Assembly (NCBI GenBank): GCA_963796105.1
Contig: CAWCKJ010000004.1
Span: forward strand, 192,001 to 256,000
Length of the DNA: 64,000 nucleotides
Source: a candidate division FCPU426 bacterium
GTDB taxonomy: Bacteria; Oederibacteriota; Muellerivitia; Muellerivitales; Muellerivitaceae
Direction of reading: 5' to 3'
Shown: positions 48,661-58,792 of the stretch, one piece after another
Layout: every line of letters starts with the position of its first letter
Numbering within the stretch: position 1 is the first letter of the stretch
The notes under the pieces: model-generated
The model's database searches: none
What the model was told of the DNA's origin: nothing
What the model saw: only the letters and a program-made list of their open reading frames with translations
Made by a program: the position numbers and the translations under genes

Positions 48661-50979
48661 ATGAAAGAGCATCCCTATACCCTGTTGAACCATCCCGTGG
48701 ACGTGAGCCGTTCCTTCTCCAACCTGGAGAACACCATGTTCCTCCCGGTGAAGCTGGGATCTTTCGATGCGGCCAAGGCGAAAGGCGACATCCTCTGGGG
48801 GCGCTACGCCTACAAGGTCCGGGTGGCCTTCAACCAGGAGGGCCTCAACCTGATCACCAACCCGCCCTGGGAGTTCCCAGTCGAGTATGGCGGCGAGCAG
48901 GAGCCCTATCCCTTTTCCATCTCCTTTTACGGGGACCGGACCCTGCGCCTGAGGTTCAGGCCCCGCAAATATCCCCGGCGCGGGGAGGCTTCCTTGATGC
49001 TGGCCAAGGAGCCCAAAGCCTCCAAACCCTGGAAGATGAAAAAGTCCCAGGGACGGGTCACTTATACCGGCCCAGCCGGTTCCGTGACTGTCGTGGAAAA
49101 CCCTTGGGCTTTGGAAATCCGCGGCGCCTCGGGAAAACTGCTCACCAAGACATTGCACTTGAAGGACAACCGAAGCCTCCGCAACACCGACCCCCTGCCC
49201 TTTTGCTTCATGAGGCCGACGCCTGAATATTCCCGCCAGTTCGCGGCCTCTTTCTCCCTGGCCAACGGGGAGAAAATCTACGGCTGCGGGGAATCCTTCA
49301 CGCGCCTCAACAAGCGAGGCCAGAAGATCGTGCTTTGTTCCTACGATTGCCACGGCGTTCAGCACGACGGCATGTACAAGCCGGTTCCCTTTTTCATGAG
49401 CGACCGCGGATACGGCATGTTCCTGCACACCACCGCGCCCTCTACCTTCGATTTCGGCCACTCCTACGGCGAGGCCACGACCCTTTTCACGGGGGATGAG
49501 GAGCTGGATCTATTCCTGTTCCTGGGGGACCCCCAGAAAATCCTGACGGAGTACACCGCCTTGACAGGGCGCAGTCCCGTGCCTCCACTCTGGAGCTTCG
49601 GCTTGTGGATGAGCCGATGCACCTACAAGTCGGAGAAGGAAACACGCGAGGTGGCGGGGAAACTCCGGAAGCACCGAATCCCCTCGGATGTGGTCCACCT
49701 GGACACGGGCTGGTTCGAGGAAGACTGGCGCTGTGACTACAGGTTTTCCACCAGCCGCTTCAAGAACCCACTCAAGATGCTCAAGGACCTGGCGAAACAG
49801 GGATTCAAGATCAGCCTCTGGCAGCTTCCCTATTTCACCCCCAACAACCGGCTGTTCAACGAGATCATCGAGAAACGCATGGCGGTCACCGACGGCAAGG
49901 GAGGACTTCCCACCGACGACGCCACCCTGGATTTCAGCAACCCCCGCGCCGTCAAATGGTACCAAAAGAACCTGGCGGGCCTCCTGCGCATGGGAGTGGG
50001 CGCCATCAAGGTGGACTTCGGCGAGGCGGCCCCGCTCAAGGGCGTCTACCACTCCGGCAAGACCGGCTTCATGGAGCACAACCTCTATCCCCTGCGCTAC
50101 AACAAGGCGGCGGCCGACGTCACCAAGGCCGTGACGGGAGAGAATATCATCTGGGCGCGAAGCGCCTGGGCCGGAAGCCAGCGGTACCCCCTTCACTGGG
50201 GCGGCGACGCGGAGGATTCCTACGGGGGCATGGCCGCCACCTTAAGGGGCGGGCTTTCCTTCGGACTGTGCGGTTTCTCCTTCTGGAGCCATGACATCGG
50301 CGGGTTCGTGCATCCGGCCGCCAAGGAGCTTTACCGGCGCTGGACACCATTTGGCATGCTCACTTCCCACAGCCGTTGCCACGGCGTGCCGCCCAGGGAA
50401 CCCTGGGTTTACGGGAACAAGTTCGAGGACGAGTTCCGCCTTTCCGTGGAGATGAAGTACCGCCTCATGCCCTATGTTTACGCCCAGGCGCACGACTGCT
50501 CCAAGAAGGGCTTCCCCATGCTCCGCCCCCTCTTTTTCGAGTTCCCGAATGATCCCTCGTCCTGGCTCATCGAGGACGAATACCTGTTCGGCTCGCAAAT
50601 ACTGGTGGCGCCTCTCTTCGAGGAAGTTTCGGAGCGCGATTTGTACTTGCCGCCGGGAACCTGGGTGGATTACCAAAGCGGGAAATCCTACAAGGGCGGC
50701 CAATGGCACCGAATCAAGCCGTCCCCCATCCCCTGCGTCATCCTGGTGAGGGAGGGCTCGGTCCTGCCCCACCTGAAACTGGCCCAATCCACCGCGTATA
50801 TGGACTGGTCTAACATCGAGTTGAAAGTCTATGGAAATGTTTCCCGGGCTTCGGGCTTGATATGCCTTCCCAAGGACAAGGTCTTGCGGGAACTCGACTT
50901 GGTGAGGGATGGCGCCTCATGGAAAATGATGAATTCCTCGCGCCTTCCCAAACTGAAATGGATCATTTCGGGGGTTTAG
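48661..50979 (+). CDS. GH31 glycoside hydrolase, probable alpha-xylosidase (YicI-like)
   Basis: YKPVPFFMS, WSFGLWMS, IKVDFGE (nucleophile), HWGGD, FWSHDIGGF, HSRCHG; GGAGG upstream of ATG 48661; no signal peptide. Confidence 0.9.
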   Translation: MKEHPYTLLNHPVDVSRSFSNLENTMFLPVKLGSFDAAKAKGDILWGRYAYKVRVAFNQEGLNLITNPPWEFPVEYGGEQEPYPFSISFYGDRTLRLRFRPRKYPRRGEASLMLAKEPKASKPWKMKKSQGRVTYTGPAGSVTVVENPWALEIRGASGKLLTKTLHLKDNRSLRNTDPLPFCFMRPTPEYSRQFAASFSLANGEKIYGCGESFTRLNKRGQKIVLCSYDCHGVQHDGMYKPVPFFMSDRGYGMFLHTTAPSTFDFGHSYGEATTLFTGDEELDLFLFLGDPQKILTEYTALTGRSPVPPLWSFGLWMSRCTYKSEKETREVAGKLRKHRIPSDVVHLDTGWFEEDWRCDYRFSTSRFKNPLKMLKDLAKQGFKISLWQLPYFTPNNRLFNEIIEKRMAVTDGKGGLPTDDATLDFSNPRAVKWYQKNLAGLLRMGVGAIKVDFGEAAPLKGVYHSGKTGFMEHNLYPLRYNKAAADVTKAVTGENIIWARSAWAGSQRYPLHWGGDAEDSYGGMAATLRGGLSFGLCGFSFWSHDIGGFVHPAAKELYRRWTPFGMLTSHSRCHGVPPREPWVYGNKFEDEFRLSVEMKYRLMPYVYAQAHDCSKKGFPMLRPLFFEFPNDPSSWLIEDEYLFGSQILVAPLFEEVSERDLYLPPGTWVDYQSGKSYKGGQWHRIKPSPIPCVILVREGSVLPHLKLAQSTAYMDWSNIELKVYGNVSRASGLICLPKDKVLRELDLVRDGASWKMMNSSRLPKLKWIISGV

Positions 50980-51012
50980 GAGGCTGGTTGACAGCCTCAG
51001 GATCCGGGCTCT

Positions 51013-52452
51013 CTATTTGCCCGGGGGCATTCCCCATTTGTAAAGAAGCCTGATTTGGGGGAGCTTTTTAAGTTTGGTCCTGACCGACGAGACTCCGCCG
51101 GGGTTTGTGCCGTCCCCGGGGGGCGCGAAAACGGCGACCGGAAAGGGTTTTGACTTTTCCCACTCCGCCGCGGCCGCCGTCAAGTCCACGCAATCCACAC
51201 CTGGTTTTTTATATACCCACCTGCTCCCAGCCCGGATCATGAGATTGGCCTCTGGATCAAACAATAATTCCAGGAATATGGGCTTTCCCTTCATGGGGAT
51301 TTTCCAGCCCAATCCGTCCGAATCGTCCGAGGAACGCCATTCCATCTTGAGCCGCCCCCTCAATTGGGTCCATGTTTCCCCGGGCTGGAAATAGGACTCC
51401 TGGAGCAGTTTTCGGTAAACTGGCAGGAACATGGCCGGCGTGCCATGGTCGGGGTTATTTGGGTCCTGCCTCTCCAATCCCAGCCTGGCCCTGTCCCGGA
51501 ATTGGTAATAAGTGATGCCCTTGAGGAAGTCCGGCTTTTCCCTGAGTACCCGATGGTAAAAAGCTTCCGTGAGTTTTGCCTGGTACGCCTCGCCCCCCAC
51601 ATTGCCGTCGGCGTTGAATTCCCCTATTTCCAATCCCTTGTCCCGGCCCGTCAATTCGACAAACCGTTTGTGAATTCCCGTGATCTGGCTCCAGACATTG
51701 CCCACGCCGGCGTGGCGGTAGGTCTTGTCCCGGTTCTCCGGGTCGCAGGGCTTGCAGGGGTAGCCGTAATCCAGCGTGACATACTGGTCCACAGACCAGA
51801 CATCGGCGGCGTCCAGCAGGGGCGAAAGTTCCTTCTCGTATTTCAAAAAGCCTTTTTTAAAATCCTCCACGTGCCCCCAGCAGCACATGAGAAGGGCCTC
51901 GGGCGCCTCCTTTTTGAATACGGAGGCGAATCGCGTGAAGAACTTGCCCACTTCCTCGTAGGAATAGCGGCGGTTGAAGGAAAACCAGAATCCGTCGCAC
52001 TCGTGGTTGAGCCGGAGCCGGAGCCGGCCGAAGGGCCTCAACTGCCTGGCGATGACGCGGATGTGGTCGTTGGTCACCGCGCAATCCATGGTGAGGGTCA
52101 AGGTCACGTCCTGGCCGTGGCGCCGGATATCCCGCATCTGGCGGAAAACCTCCCCCCGGGTGTTCCCCTTCGGCCCGCCCGTAAAAGGGAAATAATCGTC
52201 GTAAGGGAATGACCAGGCATGGTCCGTTCTCCGCCGATAGGCCTCCGAAGCGCGCTTGGGCCAGCCTTTGTCGTAGGGATAGTAGCAGTACATGAGGTTG
52301 ATACAGCGGTGGGGACGGCCCAGGACTGTCAGGATATGGTCCTGGTCCACGTATTCGCCGCGCTCGCTCCCGTCCCCCAGGTCCAGGGAGCAGGGAGCGG
52401 GGCTGAGCTTCACCTGATAAGCGGGAGACGTGATCGGCGTCGAGCGGGGCAT
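51013..52452 (-). CDS. Hypothetical protein, divergent GH26-like TIM-barrel hydrolase
   Basis: LRLNHECDGFWF resembles the GH26 HE acid/base motif; WSVDQY; LEIGEFN candidate nucleophile. Confidence 0.5.
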   Translation of the reverse strand: MPRSTPITSPAYQVKLSPAPCSLDLGDGSERGEYVDQDHILTVLGRPHRCINLMYCYYPYDKGWPKRASEAYRRRTDHAWSFPYDDYFPFTGGPKGNTRGEVFRQMRDIRRHGQDVTLTLTMDCAVTNDHIRVIARQLRPFGRLRLRLNHECDGFWFSFNRRYSYEEVGKFFTRFASVFKKEAPEALLMCCWGHVEDFKKGFLKYEKELSPLLDAADVWSVDQYVTLDYGYPCKPCDPENRDKTYRHAGVGNVWSQITGIHKRFVELTGRDKGLEIGEFNADGNVGGEAYQAKLTEAFYHRVLREKPDFLKGITYYQFRDRARLGLERQDPNNPDHGTPAMFLPVYRKLLQESYFQPGETWTQLRGRLKMEWRSSDDSDGLGWKIPMKGKPIFLELLFDPEANLMIRAGSRWVYKKPGVDCVDLTAAAAEWEKSKPFPVAVFAPPGDGTNPGGVSSVRTKLKKLPQIRLLYKWGMPPGK

Positions 52453-52669
52453 GAAAACCTTTTTTATATAAATTTTCGATCCAGAAACCGCCCCATACTT
52501 TACAGCCTCAGCGAATGGCAGGCACGGAAAAATTTTTAAAATTTTCGTAATTTTAAATTCGAGGGGGATTTTGAAACCGCTTTTCCAGTGATATCAAGAA
52601 TGGAAGGGGTTTCAAGTTCGTTTAGAGGTATTAAACCTCGGGAGAAATTTTCCGGGACCAGAGAGGGAC

Positions 52670-53575
52670 TTACCAGAGTTTTTCGGGATAGATCCCTTGG
52701 GCCAGCATCTTCTGGATCCTGTTCTTGACCGCGGGAAGGTCCTCGGGATAGGTCATGCCGAACCAGGGATCGTCCGTGGGAAGAACTTTCACCCGGGCAT
52801 GGCCTGACCGCAGGAGGGAGTCCACCTCGCGGGGAATGAGGTACTCGGACTTTTCCTCCCCGCCCCGGGCCTTCAAGAAAGCGGTCAGCCCTTTTTCCAG
52901 GAAAGGGAACAAGGCTGGGGTAAACCCCCAAAGGTTCATGGAGACGGTTTCCGTCCCCTGGAGGAGGCCGGGCTTTCCATCGTCCTCCAGGAACCGGATG
53001 TCTTGTCCTTCCCTTTCAATCTTGAGATGCTCCGCCACCCCTTTCAAATAGCCGTCGGGCTTGACCTCACAGACTCCCCGGGCCACCGGCCCGAACTCGG
53101 AGAGGGTCTGGTCCAGGCGGAACCCCACCATGCAAAAATGGTTTTCATGGGGATCGGGAATGGAGGATAAAAACCCCGAGAGGATCTTGAAGGAATTGGG
53201 GCCGTAATAATCGTCCGCGTTCAGGGCGGCGAAAGGCTCTTCAAGCGCGTCCTTGGCGGCCCAAATGGCGTGGCCAGTTCCCCAGGGCTTGGTCCTGCCG
53301 GAAGGAACAGTGAAACCCGTAGGCAGAAGGGAAAGTTCCTGGAACACATAGTCCACCGGGACGGTTTTTTCCCACTTGGAACCCACGATCTGGCGGAAGT
53401 CCTTCTCCAGGTCCTTGCGGATGATGTAAACCACCCGGCCGAATCCCGCCTGGAGGGCGTCATGGATGGAGTAATCCAGGAGGGTCGCCCCGTTGGGGCC
53501 GACGGAAGCCAGCTGCTTCAAGCCGCCGAAGCGGCTTCCCATTCCCGCGGCCATGACCAGCAAACTGGGTTTCAT
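52670..53575 (-). CDS. Sugar-phosphate nucleotidyltransferase family protein
   Basis: MAAGMGSRFGGLKQ, KPWGTGHA, NADDYYG, SMNLWGF, WFGMTY.ED. Confidence 0.85.
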   Translation of the reverse strand: MKPSLLVMAAGMGSRFGGLKQLASVGPNGATLLDYSIHDALQAGFGRVVYIIRKDLEKDFRQIVGSKWEKTVPVDYVFQELSLLPTGFTVPSGRTKPWGTGHAIWAAKDALEEPFAALNADDYYGPNSFKILSGFLSSIPDPHENHFCMVGFRLDQTLSEFGPVARGVCEVKPDGYLKGVAEHLKIEREGQDIRFLEDDGKPGLLQGTETVSMNLWGFTPALFPFLEKGLTAFLKARGGEEKSEYLIPREVDSLLRSGHARVKVLPTDDPWFGMTYPEDLPAVKNRIQKMLAQGIYPEKLW

Positions 53576-53793
53576 AATTCTTTCCTTACTCGGTTTATGC
53601 AAATTCCAAATGCATGTTGTGGTCGACTATCCGCCTCTTTCATACTGTTCCTCATATAAAATTTAAAAAATGAGAACAGCATAGTGCTTTAGCACAGAGG
53701 GGGAAGATTAAAAAATCAATAGACCGCAGGCGCTTTGTACATAGGCATAGAAACTTGCGACATCCTAACTCATGGCCGGAATAATTTCGACGC

Positions 53794-54957
53794 TTAACCA
53801 GGTTCCGAATCCGTGTACTTCGCCCCGTTAGCCGGGGAGAAGACATAAACTTCCGCTTCCTTGCCCGTTTCCCGCTGGTAGCCGTCCAGGATCTCGCGGC
53901 GGAACCCCGCCACGGCCTCCTCCCGAACCAGGTTCACGGTGCAGCCCCCGAAACCCGCGCCGGTCATCCGGCCCCCATACACTTGGGGGTTGTTCTTGGC
54001 GATCCTCACCATCACATCCAGCTCCCTACAGCTCACCTCGTAATCGCTCTTGAGGGACTCGTGGGACTCGTACATCAGACGGCCCATGGCCGGATAATCC
54101 CCTTTCTCCAGGGCGGCCACCGCGTCCAGGACCCTTTGGTTCTCCGTCACCACGTGCCGGACCCTTTTAAGGACCACCGGGTCCAGGAGGCCCTGGTGTT
54201 TCTTCAAGTCCTCCAGGGAAAGGTGCCTGAGGGATTGCACAGCGGGGAGCCTCGCGTTCAGCGCCCTCAATCCCCTTTCGCATTCCCTGCGCCTGTCGTT
54301 ATAGGCGGAACCGGCCAGGGTGCGCTTGACCTTCGTGTCGCAAACCACCACCTTCACCGGCCCCTTCAAGGGAACCCAGCCGCACTTCAGGCTCTTGCAG
54401 TCGATCAGGAGAGCCTGGCCCTCCTTGCATAGATAAGAGGCGTATTGGTCCATGATTCCGCAGTTCACCCCGACGAACTGGTTTTCCGCCGCCTGGGCGG
54501 TCTTGACCAGGTCCAGGTCCGCCATTTCGAAACCGGAGATTTTTTGCAAAAACACCGCGGAAGCCACTTCCAAGGCGGCCGAGGAGCTCAAGCCGGCCCC
54601 CTGGGGAAGATCCCCTTTCAGGACCGCCTGGCACCCCTTGAGTTTCATTCCCCTTTTCTGGAGCTGGTCTGCCACGCCCTTGAAATAGTTGACCCAGGGG
54701 TTCTTCAGATCGGATACAAGCTGGTCGAGGCTGAATTCAACGGCTTGGTTGTAATCGGCGGAGTGAAGCCGGACGGTCCGATCCTCGCGCGCCGCTCCCA
54801 AAATGGCGACCCCCTTATCCACCGCCATGGGAAGGACGAACCCGTCGTTATAGTCGGTGTGTTCCCCGATGAGGTTCACTCTCCCCGGCGCCCAGGAAAA
54901 AACATTTGGCTGGCCGGAGAAGGCACGGGCGTAAATAAGTTCCATCGATTTTTTCAA
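53794..54957 (-). CDS. galK: Galactokinase
   Basis: APGRVNLIGEHTDYNDG, GAGLSSSA, CGIMDQ, RMTGAGFGG. Confidence 0.96.
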   Translation of the reverse strand: MKKSMELIYARAFSGQPNVFSWAPGRVNLIGEHTDYNDGFVLPMAVDKGVAILGAAREDRTVRLHSADYNQAVEFSLDQLVSDLKNPWVNYFKGVADQLQKRGMKLKGCQAVLKGDLPQGAGLSSSAALEVASAVFLQKISGFEMADLDLVKTAQAAENQFVGVNCGIMDQYASYLCKEGQALLIDCKSLKCGWVPLKGPVKVVVCDTKVKRTLAGSAYNDRRRECERGLRALNARLPAVQSLRHLSLEDLKKHQGLLDPVVLKRVRHVVTENQRVLDAVAALEKGDYPAMGRLMYESHESLKSDYEVSCRELDVMVRIAKNNPQVYGGRMTGAGFGGCTVNLVREEAVAGFRREILDGYQRETGKEAEVYVFSPANGAKYTDSEPG

Positions 54958-55012
54958 AAAGACTCCAAATCACAAAATATTTTATCGGATTAAGAACTTC
55001 TAACAAAAAAGC

Positions 55013-55124
55013 TTTCACCACAGGCTGCCTTCGGCAGCACACAGAGACACAGTTAAAATCCTTTCAATTTTGAGGTTTTTCCTAACTGTGCCTTTGTGGT
55101 TCCGAAGGAACCCGTGGTGGATTT
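55013..55124. repeat. Complete inverted-arm intergenic element with a hairpin in each arm
   Basis: caccacagg[ctgc cttcg gcag]cacacagagacacag ... ctgtgcctttgtg[gttc cgaag gaac]ccgtggtg. Confidence 0.7.
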
Positions 55125-55169
55125 ATATTTTTGTTAGTTCCTCCAAGTTTGTTTCAATGCAAAATGGAT

Positions 55170-58100
55170 CTACTTCACCCATTCGAAATCAGAAATCCAA
55201 AACTCCCCCTCAGCCGGGGTCATAGGCTGGATCTTGAATTGGCTGAGGGTGGTGGTATCCAAGGGAGCGTCCTTGGCCTCGGTCTCCCAGGGGGCCCTCT
55301 GCAACTCTGAAAAAAGCACCGTGTATTCCGCCATGTCGCCCGTGAGGGTGAGGGATTTTCCGAAGTCGTGGTTATTGGTGTCCTGAACGGCCATCCGCAA
55401 CCCGACTCCCGCCCCCTTCGCCTTGAACTTGAACCCCTGGTAATGTCCCGCCATGTATTTCCCCGAGGCTCCCGTCATGCACCATTTTCCCACCGCGAAA
55501 TTGACGTGAAGAACCTGGTTGGCGTCGATGGACTTGTCCAGTTTGAACCCGCCGTCCCCGGTGGTCCAAAGGCTGTCCCCCTCCGCTAATTTCAGGAGTC
55601 CCGCGCCTTTTGCCGCGGGGGCCGGGGCGGATGTTTTTCGGACATTGGCGACCTCAAACCATCCCTCTGTCGGGCTCAGGGGCTGGACCTTGAATTTTTG
55701 GGTGCCCTTCAGGTCGAGGGGCAATTTGTCCTTCGCGACCGTCCAGGGGGGCTGGACTAGGTCGGTGAAATATAGGGTGACCGGCTTCCAATCGGCGGAG
55801 GCTGTCACTTCCGTCCCCCAGTCCTCGGCGTTGGCGTCGTCGATGGCCACCCTCAGGCGGCAATTGTTGCCCCGGAGCTGGAAAACCAGTCCGGAGGAAG
55901 TGGACAAGTCCCCTCCCGCAGTCACGACCGAGGTGCACCATTCCCCGACCTTGAAATCGCCCCGGAAGGCCTTGCCCCCGCCCGGCGCGGTCTCCACGAT
56001 GGACTTGTCCAGGCTTCCGCCGTTTCCCCCGCCGGTCCAAATGGAGTCGGCCGAGATACTGTTGAAATCAGCCACGACGGACGGGTCCGGCCTGGAGGGT
56101 TTGGTCTGGGCCAGGGCCGCTTCTTTCTTGGTTTCAGCCGGGTCCTGGAGGGTGAGTGCCTTGTTCCAGGGGGTGTCCATATAGGAGGCGAACAACACCG
56201 AGGGATCGGGCCCAGCCTCGTTGGTAAGGTAGGAATTATCGGCATCGATGTAGAAGGGCAGGCCCGATCCGTCGTCGATGATTCCCGGCACCACGGCGCC
56301 AGGCATGTTTTTCTTCAGGCCCGTGGCCTGGTGCTGGACCTGCTTGGAACCGCGCCCCACCACGAAACAATAGCCGGAGGGATTGGCCCCGTAGATCCAT
56401 TGCCTGTAGGATTCCACCGAGTCCGCTCCCCCGCTCTCCGGCAGGATCTTCTTGATCAAATAGCGCTCCATGGCCCTGGAGACCATGTCGCCGCTGTTGC
56501 CCCAGCCGGTCTGGACGAAATAATCCACCCCGAACGGGTTCTTGGTCTCTCCCTTGTCCAGTTGCTTCATCCGGTTCAACAGCCAGTCCTTGACGCTGTC
56601 CTTATCCGCCCCGTCCGGCATCACGGGATAAAACCGGATCAAGGCGATGGTGTTGTTCCCGCTCCAAGCCATGAAGGCCGGCTTCATCGACAGCATGGCG
56701 GGAAGGCGCTTGAGGGCCTCCTGGAGGTACTTGTCCACCAGGGTCAGGCGGTAGAGCTCCACCGCCGCCCAGAAAAAGCAGGAATCGTTGCCGGGATATA
56801 CCCCGAAGGCCCAGGGCTGGTCAGGCTGGGGAGGGCATTTCTCGATGAACTCCCAGGCCTTCTGCGCGCTTTGGGCGAGTTTCGCGGCGTAGTCCGGGTC
56901 TGGGCCTTGAAGAATCTGCGCCCCCATGGCCGCCGCCGCCGCCCAGCGGGCCGTCACGTTGGCCCACTTGTCCGAGTCCAGGAGCCTGTCTTTCTCGGAC
57001 TCGACCGTTCCCTTGTAATCGAAACCGTTCCAAACCCTCTCGAAGACGCCCCCGTCCTTATCCTGCATCTTCAGGCACCAATCAGCCGTGTACTCGGCCT
57101 CATGCACCATGGCGTCCTTGCCGTCCAGGTCCGGCTCCATCCTGGTATGGAACTGGTCCTCAACCAAGAGGAATCCCGCCAGGCCCAGGGGGGCGTTGCC
57201 CATGTATTTCCCGAAATCACCAGCGTCATGCCATCCGCCCGAGACATCCACCCGGGTGCCGGGTTTGAAGACAGGGGGAAACTGGAGGATGGTCTGGCCC
57301 GAGCGGACATCGTCCGGCCCGGCCTGGACCGCGTCATCCAGGTGGCAGGGGCCGTGGAAAGTAGAGGCGTCTGTCCCGCATTTCTCCGCGACGAACACCC
57401 CGTTGAGGGCCATGGGGATCGTGGCGTCGTAAACTCCCGTGGTGATGGGGAAAGGTTGGGTTTTGACATTGCCCACGCTCAGGGTGAAATCCTGGCCCGT
57501 TCCGGTGAAATCATTGAAATAGAGGTAGTAATAATCCCGCCTCCAAATGGTTCCCCATTTCCGAAGGGGTCCTGAATAGACTTCCTTGCCGCCCTGCGAC
57601 AGGGAGAAGGTCCAAGCCGGGGGCTTGTCCCCGCTTGGCACCTCCAGGTAAGCGGTCTTCTTTCCGATGGGCAGGTAACCCACTTGGCAGTAGCGGATCT
57701 CGGGGCCGGCAATCGGCCTGTAGGGGCTCGGGTCGAACATGCCAGAGATGTTTTTGGCGCCAGCGGGGGGATTGGCGGTATAAACCACCCGGCCCGGCGA
57801 GTCGTCCTCAAGGGGTTTTTGAATGGCATCATCCAGGGTTTGAGTAACCGCCTCACCCGGGATCAGGTAATAGCCTTCCTTCTCGCCGGAATCACTTCCG
57901 GTTGCCGGAACGAAGGTCCCGGTTGGGCCGGCCAGCACCAGGTCCCCGAAACAGGAGGGGTCCTTGTAGGCTCGGTTGTCGAAGGAGGACCAGGTGAGCA
58001 TCCGGTCCCGTTCCGCTTTCGTATCGGCGTCATTGACGGCAAACTCGAATCCCAGGACCTTGCCCGCTTGCAGGAGGTTCGAGAAGCCGAGGGCCGCCGT

Positions 58101-58718
58101 GTCGATGGAAGCCTCGATGACGTAGCCGGAGCGTTTTCCGGAGGTATAAGGTTTGGAGACGGATTTCACTGCCGCTTGGAACTTGTCGTTATCGATGTCC
58201 GACGCGTGGTTCCCGAGATACGCCCCGCCGTAAACGCCGTCCTGGCCCTCGAAAGGAACGAACCGAAGCTGGAAATCACCCGCCCGGTAGGGGGGCATCC
58301 TGCCCGCCTCGAAGAAGGGGGAGTCATGGTTGAATGAAAAATAAATTTCCACGGAGTCCGAGTTCCAGGCCTGGCCCAGGTCCGGACTGGTGTTCTTGAT
58401 GATGACATCATCCAAAACGATGGCCGCGAAGAATATCTTGTCGCCTTTCCAAGCCACCGAATACCAGGCTTCGATGTCCTCCGGGGACTTGACGGCTTTC
58501 CCGTAAATTCGGGATTTGCTCATGAACCAGGAAGGCGTTTGGGCAGAAACATGGACGAAGGGGGCTTTCCATCCGGTCAAGCTCGCGTCAATAACCGGCG
58601 CCTCGGCCACCTCCACCGCCGTGATCACCCCATGGGTATGGGCCGAAGCCGTCCCAAAAACCGAACAAACCAGGAAAATTCCCGCGCAAAAATTGATCAC
58701 CTTATTCGTTCGTGTCAT
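55170..58718 (-). CDS. Secreted modular GH9 endoglucanase: CBM9-like, Ig-like, GH9, two CBM11/CIA30-like domains
   Basis: Signal peptide; WNSDSVEIY and GFEFAVNDAD (CBM9-like); QVGYLP; DVSGGWHDAGDFGKY; GANP; YLTNE. Confidence 0.88.
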   Translation of the reverse strand: MTRTNKVINFCAGIFLVCSVFGTASAHTHGVITAVEVAEAPVIDASLTGWKAPFVHVSAQTPSWFMSKSRIYGKAVKSPEDIEAWYSVAWKGDKIFFAAIVLDDVIIKNTSPDLGQAWNSDSVEIYFSFNHDSPFFEAGRMPPYRAGDFQLRFVPFEGQDGVYGGAYLGNHASDIDNDKFQAAVKSVSKPYTSGKRSGYVIEASIDTAALGFSNLLQAGKVLGFEFAVNDADTKAERDRMLTWSSFDNRAYKDPSCFGDLVLAGPTGTFVPATGSDSGEKEGYYLIPGEAVTQTLDDAIQKPLEDDSPGRVVYTANPPAGAKNISGMFDPSPYRPIAGPEIRYCQVGYLPIGKKTAYLEVPSGDKPPAWTFSLSQGGKEVYSGPLRKWGTIWRRDYYYLYFNDFTGTGQDFTLSVGNVKTQPFPITTGVYDATIPMALNGVFVAEKCGTDASTFHGPCHLDDAVQAGPDDVRSGQTILQFPPVFKPGTRVDVSGGWHDAGDFGKYMGNAPLGLAGFLLVEDQFHTRMEPDLDGKDAMVHEAEYTADWCLKMQDKDGGVFERVWNGFDYKGTVESEKDRLLDSDKWANVTARWAAAAAMGAQILQGPDPDYAAKLAQSAQKAWEFIEKCPPQPDQPWAFGVYPGNDSCFFWAAVELYRLTLVDKYLQEALKRLPAMLSMKPAFMAWSGNNTIALIRFYPVMPDGADKDSVKDWLLNRMKQLDKGETKNPFGVDYFVQTGWGNSGDMVSRAMERYLIKKILPESGGADSVESYRQWIYGANPSGYCFVVGRGSKQVQHQATGLKKNMPGAVVPGIIDDGSGLPFYIDADNSYLTNEAGPDPSVLFASYMDTPWNKALTLQDPAETKKEAALAQTKPSRPDPSVVADFNSISADSIWTGGGNGGSLDKSIVETAPGGGKAFRGDFKVGEWCTSVVTAGGDLSTSSGLVFQLRGNNCRLRVAIDDANAEDWGTEVTASADWKPVTLYFTDLVQPPWTVAKDKLPLDLKGTQKFKVQPLSPTEGWFEVANVRKTSAPAPAAKGAGLLKLAEGDSLWTTGDGGFKLDKSIDANQVLHVNFAVGKWCMTGASGKYMAGHYQGFKFKAKGAGVGLRMAVQDTNNHDFGKSLTLTGDMAEYTVLFSELQRAPWETEAKDAPLDTTTLSQFKIQPMTPAEGEFWISDFEWVK

Positions 58719-58792
58719 GTTGCCCCACCTTTGTATTAATCAGGTATTGATGTAGTGATTGTAAATACAGGAAAATTTACGTCAATGAATTC

